Below, in pieces: positions 31,840 through 42,643 of a stretch of DNA of 64,000 nucleotides. The stretch covers positions 32,503 to 96,502 of the forward strand of contig CAVZPN010000003.1 in NCBI GenBank assembly GCA_963777125.1, in the 5' to 3' direction. The stretch comes from an uncultured archaeon. Its GTDB lineage: Archaea > Nanobdellota > Nanobdellia > Woesearchaeales > UBA9642. The position numbers and the translations under genes are program-made. The stretch's first letter is position 1. Every line of letters starts with the position of its first letter. The notes beneath the pieces are model-generated. The model did no database searches. It saw only the letters and a program-made list of their open reading frames with translations, and was not told the DNA's origin.

Positions 31840-32003
31840 TTTTTATCCCCATATATACATCCAAAAAGGACGCGAGTATAGATCGTGTAATAATAAATCA
31901 AAGATTTAATAGTATACACTCAGGAATGATTACGCTTATTAAAATATTTCGATTACAAAAATATATAAATCATAACAATATAACAATAAAACGAGGTATT
32001 AAC

Positions 32004-32141
32004 ATGAAATTTGAACAAGAAGAAAATTTAGAATTAAACAAAATAATTGAGAAGAAAGTTAAAGAACTAAAAATGGATACAAAAGAAGACTTTGTTGCTC
32101 ATTGCGTTCGAAAAGAACTAGGATTAAAAGATCCACAATAA
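32004..32141 (+). CDS. Small ribbon-helix-helix/CopG-like protein
   Basis: GAGGT RBS before MKFEQ; IIEKKVKELKMDTKEDFVAHCVRKEL resembles RHH helices. Confidence 0.45.
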   Translation: MKFEQEENLELNKIIEKKVKELKMDTKEDFVAHCVRKELGLKDPQ

Positions 32142-32238
32142 ATCTTGCATTCTTTTATTTTTATATATTAAAAAAACATAATTAATCAAACAATTATATC
32201 TCTAGTATAAAAACCTACTGAAACAAAGTTAAATCATA

Positions 32239-32910
32239 ATGGAACATAAAGCATATTTTAACAATTCAAAAGGCGAAAAGATATCATTCATACTTTCTAA
32301 ACCAACAGAAGACACAAATACGCCTATTGTAATAATGTGTCATGGACTTAACGGAAATAAAGATGGTAAAACACATCTTACTTTAAACAAAATATTTCTT
32401 CAAAACAATATTGCAACATTCAGATTCGATTTCTATGCACACGGAGAAAGTGAAGGCATAATAGATAATAGAACACTAGAAGAATATGTTGATAATACAA
32501 CAAAAGCTATCGAATATGTTAAAAATCTTGGTTACAAAAAAATAGGATTACTTGGTACAAGCATAGGTGGAGCTACAGCAGTAATAGCAACTTCCAAAAG
32601 TGAAGCTGTCAAAGTACTTGCACTAAAAGCTGCAGGAATGGGACAAATATCTAGAAAAATGGATAATTATAAACATAATTTTGAAAATAAGACATGGATA
32701 AAAGCAGCAGAAAACATTCGCATACCAACTCTGATGTTACATGGCATAAAAGATATAGATATTGAATTAGAACTAGCAAAAGATCTAGCTAATGCAATCA
32801 AAACAAGTAAACTAATAATTTATGAAAATGCAGATCATAGATTCTCAGGAGAAGAAGACTTCAAGCAATCAATAAAAGATATATCTGAATTTTTTATAAA
32901 AGAATTATAA
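32239..32910 (+). CDS. Alpha/beta hydrolase
   Basis: HG oxyanion (MCHG), GTSIGG nucleophile elbow, LHGIKD (Asp region), ADHRF (His). Confidence 0.9.
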   Translation: MEHKAYFNNSKGEKISFILSKPTEDTNTPIVIMCHGLNGNKDGKTHLTLNKIFLQNNIATFRFDFYAHGESEGIIDNRTLEEYVDNTTKAIEYVKNLGYKKIGLLGTSIGGATAVIATSKSEAVKVLALKAAGMGQISRKMDNYKHNFENKTWIKAAENIRIPTLMLHGIKDIDIELELAKDLANAIKTSKLIIYENADHRFSGEEDFKQSIKDISEFFIKEL

Positions 32911-33027
32911 TAAATAATAACGTATTCTAGCCTCAAGTTTATTTTAATATCTCAATAATCCAAAAAATATAAAGTAATTCTACTATAAAAGAGTAACATT
33001 TATGAATGTTTATTTATTTCTTAAATT

Positions 33028-34065
33028 ATGATTAAACTTGATCCAAAAGTTGCCGTTTGGGAATACACACTTGCATGCGATTCTAAATGTATTCATTGTG
33101 GCTCTGATGCTAAATTCAAAAGAAAAGATGAATTAACAACAGTAGAATCTCTAGATTTGGTTGACCAAATATCAGACATAGGATTCAATTTAACTGTTCT
33201 TTCCGGAGGAGAACCAACACTAAGAAGAGATTGGGCCATTATTTCAGAAAGAATTAAAACGAATAATAAAGATTTTGGAATAATTAGCAACGCATTAAGA
33301 TGGAATAGCAAAACTATTGACACATTAGTTTCTTTAAAACCTTATGCAGTAGGATTTAGTATTGACGGAGAATCACAATTACACGATTATCTAAGAGGAA
33401 TTAATGGATCACATAAAAAAGTCTTTGATATGATTAAACAACTAAAAAAATATGATGTCACAGTATGCGCAGTTACTGCAGTTAATAACTTAAATTTAAA
33501 TGAACTTTCCGAAATTAGAAATCGATTAATCGTTTATGGTGTTGATGCGTGGCAAATTCAAATGGCATCCCCCATGGGCAGAATGGCAAATAATAAAGAA
33601 TTAGTTTTAGATGCAAACGATTATTATAAACTAGGAAAATTTATCGTTGAAACAAGAGAGCGATTACCTTACATGAACGTTCAAGCAGGCGATTGTATTG
33701 GATATTTCGGATCACAAGAGAAAAAATTACGCGATAGCGAATGGAATGGATGCATGGCAGGAATTGAAGGCATAGGAATAGAATCAAACGGAAATATTAA
33801 AGGTTGTCTATCAATACAAGCAACTAAATCAATCGAAGGAAACATTAGAACCACTAAATTAAAAGATATATGGGAAAATATGGAAAACTTCAAATATAAC
33901 AGAGCATTTCAAATAGCTAATATGAAGGGTGATTGCATCGGCTGTGAAAAAAGCTTACAATGCAAAGGTGGCTGTCAAAGTCAATCAACAGCATTTTTTA
34001 ACGAATTTAATCATGCGCCTTACTGTTTTTTAAGATATGAAAAATCTAATGGGGGAACAAAATGA
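33028..34065 (+). CDS. Radical SAM/SPASM domain enzyme (peptide-maturase type)
   Basis: CDSKCIHC (CxxxCxxC), SGGEP, SIDG, SPASM CMAG..GNIKGC and Cx2Cx5Cx3C (CIGCEKSLQCKGGC). Confidence 0.92.
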   Translation: MIKLDPKVAVWEYTLACDSKCIHCGSDAKFKRKDELTTVESLDLVDQISDIGFNLTVLSGGEPTLRRDWAIISERIKTNNKDFGIISNALRWNSKTIDTLVSLKPYAVGFSIDGESQLHDYLRGINGSHKKVFDMIKQLKKYDVTVCAVTAVNNLNLNELSEIRNRLIVYGVDAWQIQMASPMGRMANNKELVLDANDYYKLGKFIVETRERLPYMNVQAGDCIGYFGSQEKKLRDSEWNGCMAGIEGIGIESNGNIKGCLSIQATKSIEGNIRTTKLKDIWENMENFKYNRAFQIANMKGDCIGCEKSLQCKGGCQSQSTAFFNEFNHAPYCFLRYEKSNGGTK

Positions 34066-35030
34066 CTCAAACCGAAATTAAGAAAAGAAATTTAATTAAT
34101 ACCATAACTGAATGTTTAAAAGAACATCAAGTAGAATTAGCCGGAACAAAAAGCACAGTTCCAATGTATCTAATTGAAGTATCAATGCAAGGAAATTCAT
34201 ACACTGATTTTAAAGATACATACAATTCTGAAGTAGATGATTTCAAAAAACTACTAGCAGACAAAGTATTTAAAAATACCAATTCAGATCAGACATACGG
34301 TGTGTTAATAAATACAGATTTACAATACTCTTTCGCATTTAATAGAAAATTTGCAGATATTGATAAAGTTGAACATAAAATAAAATTCAAAGATATAGAA
34401 GAATTATTATTAGAAATGGTTTCTAAACAAGACATAAGTTTAATAAAACCAGAAAATAATTATCCCAATAGACCAAATTCAGGTAATAGTACAATAAGAT
34501 ATTCTATTAGCGGCAAAAAGGATAATAAGACTAACGAAAATACATCTAATGAAAAATTAAACTTTGATAAAGCATCAATGTTAGATAGAATAACAGCCCT
34601 TTATTCAAAAAATCAGATAATAATGAATACAGAAAAAGAAAACTATGAAGAATTATTTTTAATAAATATATCATATAATACTTCAACTATTAACGATTTT
34701 ATGAATACATATAAAGGAGAATTGAATTCATTCCAAAAAAAATTGGCACAAAACATATTCGAAAATAAAAAAACAAACAATACTTATAGTATTTTATTAT
34801 CTTCAGGTTTACAAATGAAGTATGCATTTAATACAGATTTTGCAAGATATGATGAAAAATCTAAATCAGTTGTATATACTCCAGTTGAAGAAGTATTATT
34901 AAGTAAAACCAAGATAAATAATTCAGATTTATCCGAATTTAAGCCTAAAAAACAATATAAACCGAAACCTGATTTTTTTAAACCAAATGGCCCGACAACA
35001 TTTAGATATTCACTTCAAGGCGGAAAATAG
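34062..35030 (+). CDS. Two-repeat protein, candidate radical SAM substrate or partner
   Basis: Two ~150-aa homologous halves ending STIRYSISG and TTFRYSLQGG; ATGA-coupled to the radical SAM gene. Confidence 0.65.
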   Translation: MTQTEIKKRNLINTITECLKEHQVELAGTKSTVPMYLIEVSMQGNSYTDFKDTYNSEVDDFKKLLADKVFKNTNSDQTYGVLINTDLQYSFAFNRKFADIDKVEHKIKFKDIEELLLEMVSKQDISLIKPENNYPNRPNSGNSTIRYSISGKKDNKTNENTSNEKLNFDKASMLDRITALYSKNQIIMNTEKENYEELFLINISYNTSTINDFMNTYKGELNSFQKKLAQNIFENKKTNNTYSILLSSGLQMKYAFNTDFARYDEKSKSVVYTPVEEVLLSKTKINNSDLSEFKPKKQYKPKPDFFKPNGPTTFRYSLQGGK

Positions 35031-35119
35031 TTTTATTTTTTTATAATTTTTTATTAAGTACTGACATTATATGTCTCTCCAATAATAACCTTTATATTTT
35101 AATAAGATTATTCTAGAGT

Positions 35120-35722
35120 ATGATAAGATGGATTTTATTTGATCAGGCAAAAGTTCAAACACATAATATCTTTAGTAGAAAAGAATTCTATTCTATTGGA
35201 GATAGAAAATTTTCTTCAAGAAAACTAGAATTAGTTTTTGACTTACCAGAATATAACGAATTTAGCCTTGGAAAAATAACCGAAGACGAACTAATAAACA
35301 CATTCTTAGACAAATATGAACTTGATTTATCAATAGATGAATTTATCATCCTATTGCAAGAAGCAATCGAGCCTATTGAAGGAATGAAAGAACTCTTAGA
35401 ACAATTATCTAAAAAATACGAATTAGCAACACTAATTAATGAGGGTTCAGAATGGGCTAAGTATAAATTAGAAGTCCCACATTTTGATAAATTCTTTAAA
35501 GTTAATATTATCTCTGGAGAAATTGGTCTTGAAAAACCAGACAAAGAATTCTACTTAAAGGCACTTGAAATACTAAATGCAAAACCAGAAGAATGCATAT
35601 TTACTGATGATAAAAAAGAAAATTGCGATGCAGCTGAAACTGTTGGAATAAAATCAATTGTGTTTACTAATGCTGCGCAATTAAAACAAGATTTACAGAA
35701 ATATAATGTATACTTAGATTAA
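35120..35722 (+). CDS. HAD-family phosphatase (YihX-like)
   Basis: ILFDQ motif I (atypical), LINE, EKPD, FTDDKKEN. Confidence 0.75.
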   Translation: MIRWILFDQAKVQTHNIFSRKEFYSIGDRKFSSRKLELVFDLPEYNEFSLGKITEDELINTFLDKYELDLSIDEFIILLQEAIEPIEGMKELLEQLSKKYELATLINEGSEWAKYKLEVPHFDKFFKVNIISGEIGLEKPDKEFYLKALEILNAKPEECIFTDDKKENCDAAETVGIKSIVFTNAAQLKQDLQKYNVYLD

Positions 35723-35803
35723 TTGATAATATTACTATATAATAAGATTACCACTAACTAATTCTTTAAACTTTATATACTTGTAATTATTTCTTAGATT
35801 ATA

Positions 35804-37108
35804 ATGGTAAACATTCCTAAAATCCTAGCACCAGTAAATGATTTTACTAGTTTGACTTCGGCAATTAATGCTGGTTGCGATGAAATATATTTTGGAATAA
35901 AAGACTTTAATATGCGCGCTACTGCTAAGAATTTCTCAATTTCTGATATGAAAAAGATTGCTAAAATTTGTCATGATGCAAATATTAAAGCAATACTTGC
36001 ACTAAATATCATAATATATAATCACGAGATTAAACTTGTTCAAAAAATTATTCAGAAAGCAAAAAAGAGTAAAATTGATGCAATAGTTGCTTGGGACATG
36101 TCAGTCATTAATGAATGCGTAAAACAAAAAATGGATGTTCATTTATCGACGCAAAATTCTATAAGTAATTATGAATCATTAAAAACATATAAGAAAAATA
36201 TTCCTACATTAACTAGAGTAGTTCTTGCAAGAGAATGTGAATTAAAAGATATTGCGAACATAATTAAATCCATAAAAAAAGATAAATTGAATATTGAAAT
36301 TGAAACATTTGTTCATGGCGCAATGTGCGTTAGTGTATCTGGCAGATGTATGCTTAGTCATCACTTATTTAATAAAAGCGCAAATCGTGGAGAATGCTTA
36401 CAACCATGCAGAAGAAATTTTAAAGTATATGAAAAAGAACCAGCAAAAGAATACGAAATTAGAAGTTCAGATAAACTTGATTCCGGAAATGAATTCTTAC
36501 TAGGAGAGGATGCAGTCATAAGTCCTAAAGATATGTGTACCCTAGAATTTATTGAACAATTAATCGATGCAGGAATTGATGTATTTAAAATTGAAGGCAG
36601 AAACAGAAATCCAGAATACGTATATAATACAGTTAAAGCATACAAAGATGTTACAAATTATTACTGTACTAATAAAATCAAAATTCTTAAAGATAAAAAA
36701 TACCAATTAGAATACGATAAATTAAAAAAAGAAAATCTAGAAAAATTAAAAACAGTATTTAACAGAGGATTTTCAAAAGGATTCTATTTAGGAAAACCAC
36801 TTAATGATTGGTCTAGCAGTAGAACTGGCGAACAAACAACAATGAAATTATATGTTGGAAAAGTTACTAACTATTTTAATAAAATAAATGTTGCAGAAAT
36901 ACTAATAGAAGATAATACTATACTAAAGGACGATAATCTAATTATACAAGGTCACACAACCGGCCATTACGAGTTAAAAGTTAATGAAATGAAAGACGAT
37001 TCTGGAGTTACAAGTAAAGCCATAAAAGGCACAATAATTGGTCTAAAAGTTGAAAAAATAGTCCGAAAGAACGATCAAGTGTATAAGATTGTTGAGAAGA
37101 AGATATAG
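35804..37108 (+). CDS. U32-family (TrhP/RlhA-like) RNA hydroxylation protein
   Basis: ILAPV, ETFVHGAMCVSVSGRCMLS, NRGECLQPCRR, SPKDMC, KIEGR. Confidence 0.9.
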   Translation: MVNIPKILAPVNDFTSLTSAINAGCDEIYFGIKDFNMRATAKNFSISDMKKIAKICHDANIKAILALNIIIYNHEIKLVQKIIQKAKKSKIDAIVAWDMSVINECVKQKMDVHLSTQNSISNYESLKTYKKNIPTLTRVVLARECELKDIANIIKSIKKDKLNIEIETFVHGAMCVSVSGRCMLSHHLFNKSANRGECLQPCRRNFKVYEKEPAKEYEIRSSDKLDSGNEFLLGEDAVISPKDMCTLEFIEQLIDAGIDVFKIEGRNRNPEYVYNTVKAYKDVTNYYCTNKIKILKDKKYQLEYDKLKKENLEKLKTVFNRGFSKGFYLGKPLNDWSSSRTGEQTTMKLYVGKVTNYFNKINVAEILIEDNTILKDDNLIIQGHTTGHYELKVNEMKDDSGVTSKAIKGTIIGLKVEKIVRKNDQVYKIVEKKI

Positions 37109-37160
37109 ACTAACAAAGATATACCGTTGTCATAATTATAATACTATCATCAATTTAATA

Positions 37161-37511
37161 TTAATTCCTATAAATTCTTGATTTAAACCATTTCTCTTGA
37201 AATTCTGTCAATGCTTTTATTTGAGAATTAGTATAATTCACACCATCCGGAACTATAATTAATTTATCGTCATCATCATTAGTTCTATGAATTACAGCAA
37301 TACATCTTCCTTTGAAAGTTTTTACTCGCTTAAATACACCAAGAACATAAGCATCTAATTCTTCTCCATCAGCACTCATTGTGTTCGGAACATAACCATA
37401 ATTAAGACAATACACAAAACCATGTTCCGGATGTCTTGAGCCTAAAGGCCTATCTATTATAACATTTACAATTTTATCAATGTAGTTATTAGATTTTACT
37501 AAATCATTCAT
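37161..37511 (-). CDS. ppa: Family I inorganic pyrophosphatase (short form)
   Basis: DRPLGS, YCLNYGYVPNTMSADGEELD, DDDDKL. Confidence 0.85.
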   Translation of the reverse strand: MNDLVKSNNYIDKIVNVIIDRPLGSRHPEHGFVYCLNYGYVPNTMSADGEELDAYVLGVFKRVKTFKGRCIAVIHRTNDDDDKLIIVPDGVNYTNSQIKALTEFQEKWFKSRIYRN

Positions 37512-37551
37512 AGAATAAGAATATTGTTTAAATTAATAAATTTTTGTATAA

Positions 37552-38451
37552 TTATTTAAAATGCGATATTAAATGTTTTCTTAGTTCATCTGAGAGTTTG
37601 CTATCTTTATGTATTATTGCTTTTATTTCGCAAGTTTTATCGAATATGTTCTCAATTAACCATTCTGAATCAAGGTTATCAAATGATTTAATTTTCTTTA
37701 AGTAAGAATCAAGTTTGGTAAGTAATTCAAATGGAATATACACCTCAACCACGTAATCTGAAAATATTAAAATTTCAGAAGGCCCATTAAGCTTAATTCC
37801 CATAATAACCTTATTTCCAACAGAATCATAAAACTTTTTTGACCATTTATCTAAAACGGTTTTGCCTGAACAAACAGTATATAATTCATAACCAGCCTTT
37901 TTTAGTGTTGTTATCCAATTATGCTCTGCGCGAAGATAAAATAATGGGCGCCATTCATGATGATGATGTATACAAATACTGCGTTTATCTTTAAAACCCT
38001 TTAAAGTTTTCTTTTGAAAATAATACAAGTATTTTTCTAAATCAAACCAGTTATTGAAGATAAATACTCGTATAGATTCATTACTACTATAACCATCATC
38101 TTTAATACCATGATTATCTTTTCTGGAATCAGCAGTTTCTTTTGTTTCTTCTACTGACAAGAAGGATCTTTTTTTAGAAAAATAATTAACACGAATTATG
38201 TCTGTTTTTTCATGAATATCTTTAATCCAAGCAAGATTAATCATAAATCCATCTGAAGTTTTAATTAATTTATTATCATCGAGAAGTTGGTGAATTGCCT
38301 TATGTACTGCTTGATAAGTTATCTTTAATCCTCTTTTTTTAAGTAAATAATATATCTTTCTTAAAGATAATGGCCACTCATAACTAAGAAGTTCTATAAT
38401 TTTATCTTTAGTTGAATCATTATTAGATAAATCCATACTTAGAGAAAACAT
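37552..38451 (-). CDS. Winged-helix transcriptional regulator
   Basis: IIELLSYEWPLSLRKIYYLL...TYQAVHKAIHQLLDD wHTH. Confidence 0.7.
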   Translation of the reverse strand: MFSLSMDLSNNDSTKDKIIELLSYEWPLSLRKIYYLLKKRGLKITYQAVHKAIHQLLDDNKLIKTSDGFMINLAWIKDIHEKTDIIRVNYFSKKRSFLSVEETKETADSRKDNHGIKDDGYSSNESIRVFIFNNWFDLEKYLYYFQKKTLKGFKDKRSICIHHHHEWRPLFYLRAEHNWITTLKKAGYELYTVCSGKTVLDKWSKKFYDSVGNKVIMGIKLNGPSEILIFSDYVVEVYIPFELLTKLDSYLKKIKSFDNLDSEWLIENIFDKTCEIKAIIHKDSKLSDELRKHLISHFK

Positions 38452-38558
38452 CTTAATTATATAAACCTTTTGATTGATTTTTTTATAACCTAAGGATTAT
38501 ATATTCTCTTGACAAAGCACATCTAAGAAGAAACCACAAATACACTAGAGGCGATTAA

Positions 38559-39434
38559 ATGAAATTTCCATGGGACAAATATGAAGAACAAGAATTAACA
38601 AGAAGAAACACCCTTCAAGTATTTATAACAAATGTGTGTAATTTAAAATGCGAGGGATGTTTTGCAAAAAACATAATATCAGAGAATAATAAACATATGA
38701 CAATTGAAGAATATACGAAAGCAATTAAAGCATTTATTGAAAAAGGAGGAAAACAAATAAATTTGCTAGGAGGAGAACCATTACTTCATCCACAATTAAA
38801 AGAAATATTAAAAATCAATAAAGATAATAACATCAAGACGACTATATATACGAATGGATACTTTCTTAATCGATACACAATTGAAGATTTGCAAGGAGCA
38901 AAATTAAGAGTTTCAATTTATTGTGATATTGGAAAAGTAAAAGATGTATTTAATCTCCCTAAAACAGAATTACCAATAGATGCCAACTTTATGATCTCAG
39001 CAAACACAACATTAAAAGAACTTATTGATTGCAGTTCATATATTGAACAAAACTTTAATTGTGATACATTCTTTATTTTCAGCATGAGAGAACTCGATAA
39101 TCCAAGAAAAGAATTTTTTGATGATACTAAATTAACAATGCCAGTCATACAATATAAAGAATTAGTTCATGAATTCTTAAATATCTATGAAGGAAAAATG
39201 GACATACACATATCGAAAAGAGGAGTATTTGAAAGTACAAAAACATTACCGGATACTAAATGTCGATTTGCAAATTATATTATTGGAGGCAAAATAATTC
39301 AATGCCCATATGATGTTGTTAACACTAAATTTCAAAAAGATTATTCATTCGGAGAAAGACATTGTCAGCATAATAACACTTGCCTTATGAGCAAGATAAT
39401 TTTAAAGAGAAAAAACATCCACATAAAAGACTAA
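38559..39434 (+). CDS. Radical SAM protein of unknown function
   Basis: TNVCNLKCEGC, LGGEP, YTNG; C-terminal Cys residues (CRF..QCPYD..HC..TC). Confidence 0.85.
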   Translation: MKFPWDKYEEQELTRRNTLQVFITNVCNLKCEGCFAKNIISENNKHMTIEEYTKAIKAFIEKGGKQINLLGGEPLLHPQLKEILKINKDNNIKTTIYTNGYFLNRYTIEDLQGAKLRVSIYCDIGKVKDVFNLPKTELPIDANFMISANTTLKELIDCSSYIEQNFNCDTFFIFSMRELDNPRKEFFDDTKLTMPVIQYKELVHEFLNIYEGKMDIHISKRGVFESTKTLPDTKCRFANYIIGGKIIQCPYDVVNTKFQKDYSFGERHCQHNNTCLMSKIILKRKNIHIKD

Positions 39435-39517
39435 GAAAATATTGATGCTTAAAAACAATATAACCTCAATAATGCTTAATCATAATCTTTAAAAACCACC
39501 AATAATAACATAATGAT

Positions 39518-40153
39518 ATGTTCATCAATATATTCGAGATTCTAGACATAGTACTTATGACATTTATACTTGGATTTTTATTTATGTCAACACTAAGACC
39601 AATATCTACTACAAAGAATGAAGATATACTTGATAAATATTTAAAAAAATCCACTCGTTTTGATTGGAATGCATTATGGTTTGCAGCAATGATAACTGCT
39701 CCTGCAATTATACTACACGAATTTGGACACAAATTAACAGCATTATCATTCGGATTTACATCAACGCTACACGCAGCATGTTCTACAGCAAATATTGCAA
39801 GTGGTGCAGGATTTTTTGATTTTTATTGTGGACTTACAATAGTAACAATATTTATGAAAATCTTAGGCATAGGATTTTTATTTTTCATACCAGCATTTGT
39901 TGAAACAGTTGGAAGCGCAACAGTATTAGAACATACATTAATAGCGTTTGCGGGACCAATAGTTAATCTAACAATATTTTTAATAGCATTAATAATACTT
40001 AAAACTAATAAAAATTTAAGTTTAAAGACAATAAATTTTTTAACATTAACAAAAAATGTTAATATATTCTTATTTGTATTCAATATGATTCCAATACCAG
40101 GATTTGACGGATTTAGCGTATTTAAAGGAATTTGGATAATGTTTGGATTATAA
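39518..40153 (+). CDS. M50 family (site-2) membrane metalloprotease
   Basis: HEFGH, AGP, NMIPIPGFDG; multiple TM helices. Confidence 0.9.
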   Translation: MFINIFEILDIVLMTFILGFLFMSTLRPISTTKNEDILDKYLKKSTRFDWNALWFAAMITAPAIILHEFGHKLTALSFGFTSTLHAACSTANIASGAGFFDFYCGLTIVTIFMKILGIGFLFFIPAFVETVGSATVLEHTLIAFAGPIVNLTIFLIALIILKTNKNLSLKTINFLTLTKNVNIFLFVFNMIPIPGFDGFSVFKGIWIMFGL

Positions 40154-40211
40154 AACAAATTATAATAATAAGAAACATAAATATATAAACAAAAAGCAGG
40201 AGTAACAATAA

Positions 40212-41021
40212 ATGATTAGAATTGGACTAGTATTAAGTGGAGGAGGAGCTCGAGGCTTTGCACAAATTGGAGTATTAAAAATTCTAAAAAAACACAATAT
40301 ACAAATAGATAGTATTGCTGCATCAAGCATTGGTTCCGTAATAGGAGCATGCTACGCTCATAATCAAAATCCTATTGCAATTGAAAAACTACTTCTAGAT
40401 ATAAAAAGTAAAAAAGATGTATACGATTATACATTCTCAACAAAAGGACTAATTAACGGACGAAAATTTGAAGAATATATTACTAAATATTTTTCAAGCG
40501 ACATTAAAAGAATAGTTAAATTTGAAGACTTGAGCATTCCTCTTGTAATAAATGCCACAGATATTGTTAATCAAAAAGAAAAAGTATTCGATAAAGGACC
40601 ATTAATACCTGCTGTCATGGCATCATTATCATATCCGGGATTTTTTAAAACTAAAAAAATTGAAGATCACATCTATGTAGACGGAGCAATTATTAACCCA
40701 TTGCCATTTGATTTGCTTGAAAATGTTGATTATATAATAATGGTTGATGTTTCAAAACAAAACATAAAAATTAACGAAAACAGTAATTTTAAAGATATAA
40801 TATTACAATCAACATGGACAATGCAAAAAACAATAGTTGATAAAAGATTGGAACAATGCAATATTCCGCATATTGTAATTAAGCCAGAAATAGAATATCA
40901 CGGCGTACTAGAATTTGATAATTTAACAGACTTAACGAGTAAAGGCGAAAAGGAAGCTGAAAAACAAATAGATAAAATTAAGAAAGACATAGCTGAAATT
41001 GAAAGTAAGAAAAATAAATAA
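40212..41021 (+). CDS. Patatin-like phospholipase
   Basis: SGGGARG, ASSIG (GxSxG variant), VDGA (DGG variant). Confidence 0.88.
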   Translation: MIRIGLVLSGGGARGFAQIGVLKILKKHNIQIDSIAASSIGSVIGACYAHNQNPIAIEKLLLDIKSKKDVYDYTFSTKGLINGRKFEEYITKYFSSDIKRIVKFEDLSIPLVINATDIVNQKEKVFDKGPLIPAVMASLSYPGFFKTKKIEDHIYVDGAIINPLPFDLLENVDYIIMVDVSKQNIKINENSNFKDIILQSTWTMQKTIVDKRLEQCNIPHIVIKPEIEYHGVLEFDNLTDLTSKGEKEAEKQIDKIKKDIAEIESKKNK

Positions 41022-41044
41022 AAAGCATAAAAAATATTATTAAT

Positions 41045-41509
41045 TTAGTTCTTCAATAATATTTTTTCAAGATTGTCACGAACTTCATTCATCAATTTAA
41101 TAGTTGACTTAACATCATAGAAATTACTAATAGATTCAACATTGCCAATACCTATAATACTATATGTCTTTTCAGGCTCAAAACCTATATCATCTAAATT
41201 TAAACCATGTCTAAGTCTAATAAACAAATCATAAGATTTTCCCTTTCGATCACTTCCTGTGAAGTCAATACACAAATCATAAACTACATTACGAACAAGA
41301 TTATTATTATCTACTAATTCTATATCTGTTAGTAGATCAGGGAAAGATTTCACACTAGAAATATTAATAAAAGGCGATTTACCATCAGGACCACAATATT
41401 TAGACCCAATATTATTACAATATATATCAATAGCGTCATAAAGATCTTTAAAAGTTACATCATTTACGCGTATAATTCTTCTAATATCCGGTTTAATTTC
41501 ATTTGACAT
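41045..41509 (-). CDS. Hypothetical protein
   Basis: 154-aa ORF, no motif recognised. Confidence 0.5.
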   Translation of the reverse strand: MSNEIKPDIRRIIRVNDVTFKDLYDAIDIYCNNIGSKYCGPDGKSPFINISSVKSFPDLLTDIELVDNNNLVRNVVYDLCIDFTGSDRKGKSYDLFIRLRHGLNLDDIGFEPEKTYSIIGIGNVESISNFYDVKSTIKLMNEVRDNLEKILLKN

Positions 41510-41741
41510 AATAACCCCTCATAAATTTAAGTATCACTATAAAATAGATAATAATTATTTAAATATTGTGATTAATAATAGATTTACAATATGTTTCATA
41601 ATCTTTAGAGTTATTTAACCAATATAACCACATAGTTAGCTAAGTAGTAACTCATTTTTCAATCAAATAATCGCGAAATCTTTATAAATACCCTAAAATT
41701 CCAATTCTATATATTATTAAGATACTAAGGATGTGATTAAT

Positions 41742-41906
41742 ATGACAAAATGCTTAACATGTAAAGTTTCATTAACAAACAATAAAGGTGCAGTAAAATT
41801 CTTATGCCCAAGTTGTGGAAAATATGAAATAACAAGATGCGGAAAATGCCGAGAAATTGTAGCTAAATACAAGTGCCCAGAATGTGGCTTTGAAGGACCA
41901 AATTAA
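41742..41906 (+). CDS. Conserved archaeal Zn-ribbon protein (DUF1610/HVO_2753-like, 54 aa), absent from the ORF track
   Basis: MTKCLTC...FLCPSCG...RCGKCR..YKCPECGFEGPN; canonical position upstream of aEF-1beta. Confidence 0.9.
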   Translation: MTKCLTCKVSLTNNKGAVKFLCPSCGKYEITRCGKCREIVAKYKCPECGFEGPN

Positions 41907-41915
41907 GAGGAAAAA

Positions 41916-42194
41916 ATGGGTACAGCAATAGTAACACTAACAATAATGCCTGAAAATCCATCAATAGATTTGAAAGCAATAGAGCACGAAGCACTAAAAT
42001 TAATCACTGCATTTTCAGATGAAAGAGAAAAAAGAGTAGATATAAAACCAGTTGCATTCGGATTAAAATCAGTCAACATAGTTTTTCTAAGTGATGAAAA
42101 GAACGGTGGAACTGAAGCTCTTGAAGAAAAAATATCTAAGATCGAAGGCGTTCAAAGCGTTGAATGCACTGATGTTCGAAGAATAATTGGATAA
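41916..42194 (+). CDS. ef1b: Archaeal elongation factor 1-beta
   Basis: TIMPENP, PVAFGLKS, LEEKISKIEGVQSVE. Confidence 0.9.
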   Translation: MGTAIVTLTIMPENPSIDLKAIEHEALKLITAFSDEREKRVDIKPVAFGLKSVNIVFLSDEKNGGTEALEEKISKIEGVQSVECTDVRRIIG

Positions 42195-42318
42195 TCTTTA
42201 AATTTATTTTTTATTATAAACTTTTATTTCTAAAATTAAACCTAATCAATAATATAATTAGCCATATGCGTATAGAACTATACAAAAACAAAGTTTATAA
42301 GTTACTTAGCCTAACATA

Positions 42319-42642
42319 ATGTTACAGGTAATATTTATGGATAATAATTCTATAGTTGATAAATTAAAAGGAAGAGAAGTTAATGTAATCAACAAAGTAT
42401 ACGCTAAATCAGATACCGAACCTATTTTAACAGGCATAATACTAAATATAACACCATACGCAAATATTGAAATTGCGAGATGGAACATCCCATTTGTAGG
42501 AACTAAAACAGGCATAATTGAAATCAAAGATCTTGAAGGTAAAATACTATATTCTAATAATGCAATTTACCAACAAAAAACATCTTTAGGAACTGAGGAA
42601 GAGAAAAATAAATTAAGAAAACAAGGTGAGTTTTACATTTAA
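42319..42642 (+). CDS. Hypothetical protein
   Basis: 107-aa ORF; start may be the later MDNN. Confidence 0.45.
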   Translation: MLQVIFMDNNSIVDKLKGREVNVINKVYAKSDTEPILTGIILNITPYANIEIARWNIPFVGTKTGIIEIKDLEGKILYSNNAIYQQKTSLGTEEEKNKLRKQGEFYI

Positions 42643-42643
42643 A

